Shown in pieces: positions 40,411-46,643 of a DNA stretch of 64,000 nucleotides (position 1 is its first letter; every line of letters starts with the position of its first letter). A model generated the notes under the pieces. The model searched no databases. It was not told where the DNA came from and worked only from the letters and a program-made list of their open reading frames with translations. Source of the stretch: an uncultured Methanosarcinales archaeon (GTDB lineage Archaea; Nanobdellota; Nanobdellia; Woesearchaeales; UBA9642); NCBI GenBank assembly GCA_964545585.1, contig CAZJFT010000001.1, positions 6,056 to 70,055 on the forward strand. Reading direction: 5' to 3'. The position numbers and the translations under genes were made by a program.

Positions 40411-40465
40411 ATACTTACAATGTAAGTATCTAATTATATTCTTGACATACTTACTATGTAAGTAT
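40411..40465. promoter_or_regulatory. Tandem palindromic operator pair ATACTTAC-N3-GTAAGTAT
   Basis: Perfect 8-3-8 palindromes at 40411-40429 and 40447-40465. Confidence 0.7.
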
Positions 40466-40592
40466 GGCATGTGCGTAAATCGAAAGGCAAAAAAATAATC
40501 ATAAGGATTCAAAAAAAATATAATAAGAATAGGTTAAAAACAAATTATCTATTAAAAACAACAATCGAAGAAAAAGAATAAACAGTCTTAAA

Positions 40593-41195
40593 TTAAGGTT
40601 TTAACCATTTTATCTCATAATATGTAACGTCTCCTTCATCATCGACTATTCCCATCATCAATCGCTTCTTTGTAGAATGAGCGACCCTGTTCTTTGCTGC
40701 GAACTCATACCATGTTAATGTGCTGCCTTCATGTACAGGATAGATTATCCATCGTGCGTGATCCTCCCCTGGCTTGACACCCCTGTCATATACCCTGAAG
40801 TCTGCACCGAACTTCAATGCAGTCTTTATTATATAACCCCTATTACGCATATCTTTGAATACACAATATCGTATATAGAAATTCGGCTCTAACTTGGTGG
40901 CTTTCTTCAGCAATGATTCGAAATTCAATGATTTGTTGCGTGAATCCTTCAACTCTAACTTGTTCTTCTCAAGCAGATATAACGCTTCAAGCAATGACAA
41001 TTGAAGCTTCCCTGACTCAAGAAGTGTACCATACCTTGATTGATTATAAAGCTCTCTAGTCTCATCGGAGGAATCTGCAATAACACGCTCATTCGCAAAT
41101 ACTGCCTTGACTTTCTCTTTTCTCGGTTTGCTATCTATTATGATGTCCTTCACTTTAAGCTTTGTCAAGTCCGTTTCTACTATATCCTCTGGCAT
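40593..41195 (-). CDS. endA: tRNA splicing endonuclease (single catalytic unit)
   Basis: LSLLEALYL, LKFGADFRVY (Tyr), EDHA (His), RVAHSTKK (Lys). Confidence 0.94.
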   Translation of the reverse strand: MPEDIVETDLTKLKVKDIIIDSKPRKEKVKAVFANERVIADSSDETRELYNQSRYGTLLESGKLQLSLLEALYLLEKNKLELKDSRNKSLNFESLLKKATKLEPNFYIRYCVFKDMRNRGYIIKTALKFGADFRVYDRGVKPGEDHARWIIYPVHEGSTLTWYEFAAKNRVAHSTKKRLMMGIVDDEGDVTYYEIKWLKP

Positions 41196-41288
41196 GATAA
41201 AAGATATGAGATATGGTTTTTAAATGTTTGGTCTTATCCTGATGCCGCATTAAGAAAAATTTATATACTACTGCGAAATACTGACAAC

Positions 41289-41768
41289 ATGAATGAGTTG
41301 TTGTACGTTGGCCTGAACAACAGGGATCTAGAAGAAAAGATATCACGGGTCGTTCTACCACTGACCGAATATGATCTGGACGCAGGATTGAAAACACTAT
41401 CTGAACTTAAAGATAAGAAAGTGATACATTACACAAAAAATGAGCATGGGTGGCAGTACTGGCCGATACAAGAAGTTAAAGATATCAGACACATCAAAAG
41501 ATCCGGCCTGACATCATTAGCTAGAGAGATATTGTTGCCGTTCATTAAATTCGGAGAAGGAGTGGAGATAATGCTGGAAAATAGCAAAATAATGATACCG
41601 TTGAACGAATCACATAATTACAAAATAATAAGCTATCAGATGGGAAATTCGCCAAAGTATTATATGGGAAATGATTTCTTTGCAATAAGCATCCCGACAG
41701 AGTTCCATTCAAAAAAAGATTTTTCTAAGCACGTACTTACGTTCTGGAAACCAAATGGGTTTGATTAA
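41289..41768 (+). CDS. Hypothetical protein
   Basis: Start moved to ATG 41289, downstream of TTTATATA box, to avoid overlap with endA. Confidence 0.6.
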   Translation: MNELLYVGLNNRDLEEKISRVVLPLTEYDLDAGLKTLSELKDKKVIHYTKNEHGWQYWPIQEVKDIRHIKRSGLTSLAREILLPFIKFGEGVEIMLENSKIMIPLNESHNYKIISYQMGNSPKYYMGNDFFAISIPTEFHSKKDFSKHVLTFWKPNGFD

Positions 41769-41817
41769 GACACTTAAAATTTATAAACCTCCTGCGATTC
41801 TATAATCTTGTGAAAAT

Positions 41818-42735
41818 ATGGAACTGACATTCTTAGGGACATCATGCATGGTGCCTACAAAAGAGAGAAACGTGACGGGAATCTTTCTTAGTTATGACAC
41901 TTACGGATTATTATTCGACTGCGGAGAAGGCACGCAGAGACAGATGAATATAGCAGGCATAAACAGGAATAAAGTTACTCATGTTTTCATATCTCATTGG
42001 CATGGCGATCACGTCTCAGGATTGATTGGATTGATACAGACCCTTGGAAATCAGAATGCACAGAATGAGGATAGGAAAAAATTAATCATATTCGGGCCTA
42101 GAGAGACAGAGAAGAGGATAGAGCATTTATTGCAGACATGCATATTCGACAATAAGCTCGTGATGGAAGTGCATGAGATAAATCCTAAGAAAAATGAGCG
42201 ATTGCTGGTTCTTGACAGGGAAGAATTCTATATAGAGGCAGCAGCGCTTGACCACGGAATACCTTGCCTAGGATACAGGTTTGTAGAGAAGGATGCTCGT
42301 AAGATTGACATGAAGAAAGCTACCGCAATGGGATTGACTGAAGGACCTTTGATAGGGAAGATACAACGAGGAGTCGATGTCGAATTGAATGGCAAGACAA
42401 TTACACCAGACATGGTATCAACAATAAAGAAAGGAAAAAAGATAGGGATAGTCTTGGATACGGGATTATGCCCCGGAGCGACATTGACTGCAGAAGATGT
42501 CGACCTGCTTATTTGTGAGGCATCATATGCATCGGACATTGAGGAGAAAGCAGAGAACAACAAGCATCTGACAGCGAAACAAGCAGCATTGCTCGCGTCT
42601 AACACGAACGTGAAAAAGTTAATTCTTACACATCTTTCTCAAAGATACAAGACACCGGGCGAGGTATTGGAAGATGCTCGCGACGTATTCGAGAACGTAG
42701 AAGTCGCATATGATTTCATGAAAGTGAAATTGTAA
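41818..42735 (+). CDS. rnz: Ribonuclease Z
   Basis: FLGTS-x-x-VPT-x-x-RN, DCGEGTQRQ, SHWHGDH, GP exosite arm, THLSQRY. Confidence 0.95.
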   Translation: MELTFLGTSCMVPTKERNVTGIFLSYDTYGLLFDCGEGTQRQMNIAGINRNKVTHVFISHWHGDHVSGLIGLIQTLGNQNAQNEDRKKLIIFGPRETEKRIEHLLQTCIFDNKLVMEVHEINPKKNERLLVLDREEFYIEAAALDHGIPCLGYRFVEKDARKIDMKKATAMGLTEGPLIGKIQRGVDVELNGKTITPDMVSTIKKGKKIGIVLDTGLCPGATLTAEDVDLLICEASYASDIEEKAENNKHLTAKQAALLASNTNVKKLILTHLSQRYKTPGEVLEDARDVFENVEVAYDFMKVKL

Positions 42736-42748
42736 TTAGAAAATAAAA

Positions 42749-43543
42749 TCATTGATCATCCAGCGGGCTTTTAACATTGATGCTTGTTCTTGCTGTATGT
42801 AAATAAACCATTGTCGTCTCAACACTTATATGTCCAAGCAATGATTGCACAGCCGTAATACCATAACCATCCTCAATCAAGTGCGTAGCGAATGAATGCC
42901 TGAATGTATGCGGATGCACATCTTTTTTGACTCCAGAATCTCTACATGCTCTCTTTATTATCTCCTGTACGCTTCGCATACTATAATGTGCCCCCTTATT
43001 CCCCATAAATAGGTAATGGGCCCCAAAATAATTCTTTAATTCTTCAGATACTGATTTTGGCAGTATGAACATCCTATCCTTTCCACCCTTCCCATTCCTC
43101 ACATAACCTATAAAATTTTGTAAATCAATATCTTCAGGCCTTAACCTCACCACTTCTGACACTCTCAATCCTGCACCATACATCAATGAGATAATCAGTT
43201 TCTGTTTAGGATTATTTATGGCATCGATTATTCTTCTGACCTCTTCTTTTGTCAGGCATGTTGGCAGCCTCTTCGGTCTCTTCGCATACCTTAATCCTAG
43301 ATTCATATTCTTATGCAGGACTTCGACCATCATGAACCTTAAGGCGGCATGCACAACATTTATGGTGTTGCCTGGACTATTCTTATATCTCTCCAAAAAC
43401 AATCTGATGTCCTTCTTTGATATCTTCTTAGGATCAGGATGCCTCTTTAAGAAATGCCTGATAAAAAGCAGATATGTGACCCTAGTTTTTGGGCTCAGAC
43501 GTCTAAACTCCATCTCCTCTCGACATGCCTCTAGAACATCCAT
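42749..43543 (-). CDS. Xer/IntI-like tyrosine recombinase
   Basis: N-terminal SAM-like domain, KRLP, YGAGLRVSE (R), GKGGKDR (K), HTFRHSFATH (H-x-x-R), LLGH, TT-x-x-Y; AGGTGA RBS; no IntI-specific insertion. Confidence 0.93.
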   Translation of the reverse strand: MDVLEACREEMEFRRLSPKTRVTYLLFIRHFLKRHPDPKKISKKDIRLFLERYKNSPGNTINVVHAALRFMMVEVLHKNMNLGLRYAKRPKRLPTCLTKEEVRRIIDAINNPKQKLIISLMYGAGLRVSEVVRLRPEDIDLQNFIGYVRNGKGGKDRMFILPKSVSEELKNYFGAHYLFMGNKGAHYSMRSVQEIIKRACRDSGVKKDVHPHTFRHSFATHLIEDGYGITAVQSLLGHISVETTMVYLHTARTSINVKSPLDDQ

Positions 43544-43555
43544 GAATCACCTAAA

Positions 43556-43930
43556 TTATCTTTTTCTATATTTGAATTTCTTGTTATAATCTTTATGATT
43601 GAAAATATCTATGACTACTGCGATAATTTTTACTTCTTGTCCTTTTATAATATATATCATGCGCCAATACCCAGAAAGATTTACTTTCCATAGATTATCT
43701 GCATCATATGCAAGAATATATTCTTCAGGAATAAGATTCTTAGGCACTTGTATGCCGTAGGAAGGATCATTTTTCAATAATATTATTTTTTCTTTGATTG
43801 ACCTAAATAACATTTTTTGAAAATGTTTTGTTTTTTCAGAATCCTTTTCAATAGTTGCTTTTAATTTTTCAAAGAAATCTTTTGCTTCTCCTGCAAGAAC
43901 AACTTCAACTTCTTTTCCATGATAACTCAT
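43556..43930 (-). CDS. RelE-like toxin (putative)
   Basis: Basic 124-aa protein, LKNDP-x-x-G, LWKVNLSGYWRMIY, FNHKDY; coupled to upstream gene by ATGA overlap. Confidence 0.68.
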   Translation of the reverse strand: MSYHGKEVEVVLAGEAKDFFEKLKATIEKDSEKTKHFQKMLFRSIKEKIILLKNDPSYGIQVPKNLIPEEYILAYDADNLWKVNLSGYWRMIYIIKGQEVKIIAVVIDIFNHKDYNKKFKYRKR

Positions 43931-44187
43931 ACTTTCAAGCCTTCTCTGATGGCCTTGTCGAGTTTTGGACTTTCATTATGAATCCAAACAATTCCTTTGC
44001 GGCCGTCCAAGATCTTGCCACTATCCTCTAAATATTTAAGGACAACATTCAATGTCTGATGCATGACTTTTTTCCCTAATTTTTTCTTCAACTGCTCTCG
44101 CGTCATTGCGAGATTTGACTTCTTCAATACGTCTTCTATCATCAATACTGTCCTCAAACTTGGATAGTGCAATACCTTCAAAAACAA
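43927..44187 (-). CDS. Winged-helix antitoxin/regulator (putative)
   Basis: HYPSLRTVLMIE...HQTLNVVLKYLEDSGKI wHTH pattern; TTG start after AAGGTGG. Confidence 0.68.
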   Translation of the reverse strand: MFLKVLHYPSLRTVLMIEDVLKKSNLAMTREQLKKKLGKKVMHQTLNVVLKYLEDSGKILDGRKGIVWIHNESPKLDKAIREGLKV

Positions 44188-44191
44188 CCAC

Positions 44192-44238
44192 CTTTTATAT
44201 AAATTTATACATATAAGTATATACTTTTATATAAATTT
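44192..44238 (-). promoter_or_regulatory. Duplicated TATA-like boxes around a palindrome (promoter/operator of TA-recombinase operon)
   Basis: 15-bp direct repeat CTTTTATATAAATTT at 44192 and 44224; palindrome AAGTATATACTT 44215-44226. Confidence 0.55.
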
Positions 44239-44390
44239 TATGGTTTGTTTCAAAGTAACATGATCAATATAGCATCTTTTATCTGTCTTTCTTAGAAAAA
44301 AACGTAAATCCTCTACCATCAACCGTAAATCCTTCAAATCGACATAAGCAATATTGCGTTTTAAACCCCTTAAAACGCAACCAATATTAT

Positions 44391-44418
44391 GCTTCGCATA
44401 AAAAGGATTATGTGCAAT
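44391..44418 (+). repeat. Site J0 (intact 11-6-11 dif-like site; putative insertion site)
   Basis: GCTTCGCATAA-AAAGGA-TTATGTGCAAT. Confidence 0.8.
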
Positions 44419-44478
44419 TATTACTCGAAATTATTGGGCTCGAAAGTGTTAAATATAGAATCGCTTCTTCTACTCAAT

Positions 44479-44730
44479 GTGAAACCTTATAATGATTATC
44501 GGAATCCTTATATTTACTTGATAAGCCTTATTTCGTTAATTCCATCAATTATAATCTGGTTTCTGACAAAGAACCTTTTTTTCAACACAAATAACATTTA
44601 TCTATATTATTTTCAGATTATTTTACATCCATTAATCTTGATGGCTGTGATCGGAATTGCTTATTATTTCCTTTGGAACAAGTATAAACAATCGAAGGAT
44701 TTCAAGAAGCGATACCCGAAGGCCCAATAA
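44479..44730 (+). CDS. Cassette 1 cargo: 83-aa two-TM protein
   Basis: GTG start about 25 nt after CGAAAGTGTTAAATA BRE/TATA; stop codon falls inside the cassette IR. Confidence 0.65.
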   Translation: MKPYNDYRNPYIYLISLISLIPSIIIWFLTKNLFFNTNNIYLYYFQIILHPLILMAVIGIAYYFLWNKYKQSKDFKKRYPKAQ

Positions 44731-44853
44731 TTTCTGCGTCATAACTTCTGCGCTCTTCGGACTCACTTCGTTCGCCTCAGTGCTCGACTTTCACAGGAGG
44801 TCGCGCCTCGAGGGTAGATTACCTAACCACTCGAGTCGCTCCGCTCGCAAAAG

Positions 44854-44878
44854 GCACATAACATCGATTAGGCGAAAT
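44854..44878 (+). repeat. Site J1
   Basis: GCACATAA-CATCGA-TTAGGCGAAAT. Confidence 0.8.
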
Positions 44879-44904
44879 TCAGAATTCGGGCCGTAAATAG
44901 TCTT

Positions 44905-45717
44905 TTAATTGTTTATTTGATAATATTTTCTGATTGATTGTGTTAATAATAAAATTATAAGAATTATGCCTATTATTATCGTTATTATATCTATGCTTCT
45001 ATATAACATTTCAGGTTTTTTGAGTATAATAGAAAACGTATTCCAAGAATAATATGCGCTTGTTATCACTAAGAAACTTATCGAGGATATGGAGATAATC
45101 CACGTGTTCTTTTCTGGATTGTTTATTCTTATTGCCATAACTAATAATGCTATTGTAAGAATTATTCTTATGATTAGACTCCATAAATATTTTGATCCAT
45201 ATTGTAAGCTACTTATTCCTCCAGTAAAAATGTAGAAAATGGTTAAAGCAGTAAAAAAATATATTATCCATCTTATGATGTTTCGATATGTATCGCTTGA
45301 AGCAAGAACTTTTTCATTATCAATAGGGGTATGCCCACCAAAATAGTATAATCTAATATCTGGTCGTAATAATAGGTATAATACGACTACTCCTAATAAT
45401 AGCATGTAAAAATTCATATTTATAATAGAAAATGTTAAATTTCTTAGGGCAGAGTATGCAATTATAATTAAGGTTAAAATCAATAGTATTAGCCATACCC
45501 AAATACTTTTCTTATCCATAAAGAAAATAAGTACAATTAATGACAACGGAATAATATATATTAAACCCAAAATCCACAATGGTCCTCCACCCATCAAAAA
45601 TATTGGAAGCCCAAAAAAAGTAAGATAAACAATTAAGATAACTGCAAGAAAAGCCAATAATCCTTTTAATAACTTTAGTGATTTAGGAATATCAGCAGTA
45701 TCCAAAGTTTTATTCAT
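44905..45717 (-). CDS. Cassette 2 cargo: about 8-TM protein made of two similar halves
   Basis: Halves end LLLRPDIRLYY and LLLTQSIRKYY; own TATA box near 45740-45747. Confidence 0.75.
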   Translation of the reverse strand: MNKTLDTADIPKSLKLLKGLLAFLAVILIVYLTFFGLPIFLMGGGPLWILGLIYIIPLSLIVLIFFMDKKSIWVWLILLILTLIIIAYSALRNLTFSIINMNFYMLLLGVVVLYLLLRPDIRLYYFGGHTPIDNEKVLASSDTYRNIIRWIIYFFTALTIFYIFTGGISSLQYGSKYLWSLIIRIILTIALLVMAIRINNPEKNTWIISISSISFLVITSAYYSWNTFSIILKKPEMLYRSIDIITIIIGIILIILLLTQSIRKYYQINN

Positions 45718-45833
45718 GTTCTAACAATTCCAGTTATTGTTTAAATATTTTATCATAATATACGACAATGATACACATAGGCCCGAATTCTGAACTCAAA
45801 ACATCTTCGATGTTTTGCCTCGCTGTCGCTCGG

Positions 45834-45858
45834 TCGCCTAACAACAATTAGTTTCAAT
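45834..45858 (+). repeat. Site J2
   Basis: TCGCCTAA-CAACAA-TTAGTTTCAAT. Confidence 0.8.
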
Positions 45859-45919
45859 TCAGTTTAAGGCGCTTTGAAGTCACCAAAACAATTATAAACC
45901 TCTGTATTTATAATAGATT

Positions 45920-46210
45920 ATGAACAAGAAATATCTTATACTCTTGATATGTGCACTAATAGTTTTGCCAATCATACTTTTCTATCCTAAAGAAAATAAT
46001 GTTTGGAATGATTCTTTTACTGCAGCCATAACAAAACAATATAAGAATATGGATTGTACTTGTATAGGCTTTACAGGAATGAAACCAGATTTGACTCAGT
46101 CAGATATTCAAATACAATTATGTTATGGCATACCTGTTGATTGTAAATATTCCTGTAAAAAAGAAATTGATGGCAAATGGCAAGATATTTCTTGTGAACA
46201 ATTAGATTAA
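45920..46210 (+). CDS. Cassette 3 cargo: small secreted/anchored Cys-rich protein
   Basis: N-terminal TM/signal, CTCIG...CYGIP-x-x-C-x-x-x-C...C; TTATAAA box upstream. Confidence 0.75.
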   Translation: MNKKYLILLICALIVLPIILFYPKENNVWNDSFTAAITKQYKNMDCTCIGFTGMKPDLTQSDIQIQLCYGIPVDCKYSCKKEIDGKWQDISCEQLD

Positions 46211-46268
46211 AACGCGCCTTAAACTGAACTTTCTCGCCTTATGGCTCGAACTTTTCCTTGCGGAAAAG

Positions 46269-46293
46269 GAAACTAACATCGATTAATATCAAT
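46269..46293 (+). repeat. Site J3
   Basis: GAAACTAA-CATCGA-TTAATATCAAT. Confidence 0.8.
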
Positions 46294-46349
46294 AGCGCCA
46301 CTATACTATATGCGAAAGTATTAAATATAAGAAATACTAAAAACAACAC

Positions 46350-46562
46350 ATGGCTTGTGGCATGTTATATTTACCACTTTTTGGATTTATACATTTTAGT
46401 CTAGCGATATTACTTTGGTTATTACTAGGAATAATAATATCAACTATTCTTCCTAAATTTGTAAACAAGGAAAAAATTAATATTTTTAGGATATCTTTGG
46501 GGATAATTATTGTATTATTAATCATATATAGCTTCTTATTTGGAAGAGCATGTGTTGACTAA
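46350..46562 (+). CDS. Cassette 4 cargo: 70-aa two-TM protein
   Basis: CGAAAGTATTAAATA BRE/TATA upstream; fits between cassette IRs. Confidence 0.65.
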   Translation: MACGMLYLPLFGFIHFSLAILLWLLLGIIISTILPKFVNKEKINIFRISLGIIIVLLIIYSFLFGRACVD

Positions 46563-46616
46563 TCATAGTGGCGCTACTCTGCGGACTCTTCGAGTCCTTG
46601 CCTCACTAGCGTTCGG

Positions 46617-46643
46617 GGTGCTTAACACGCGATTAGTTTCAAT
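46617..46643 (+). repeat. Site J4 (degenerate, 7-nt spacer; overlaps primase stop)
   Basis: GGTGCTTAA-CACGCGA-TTAGTTTCAAT. Confidence 0.65.

Larger units (their letters stand above)
44391..46643. mobile_element. Integron-like array of four gene cassettes delimited by five dif-like sites
   Basis: Junctions TAA-N6(7)-TTA-N5-AAT at 44391, 44854, 45834, 46269, 46617; cassette-specific inverted repeats; adjacent tyrosine recombinase. Confidence 0.85.

Noticed and set aside
44389..44896. ORF-track calls 44389-44730 (long start) and 44657-44896
   Set aside because: The first extends through the J0 site and promoter, so GTG 44479 fits better; the second merely reads through the GC-rich hairpin insert
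42749..46643. Classical integron (IntI + attC)
   Set aside because: Recombinase lacks the IntI insertion; junctions have only 6-7 nt between core arms, no L boxes, and no GTT on the expected strand
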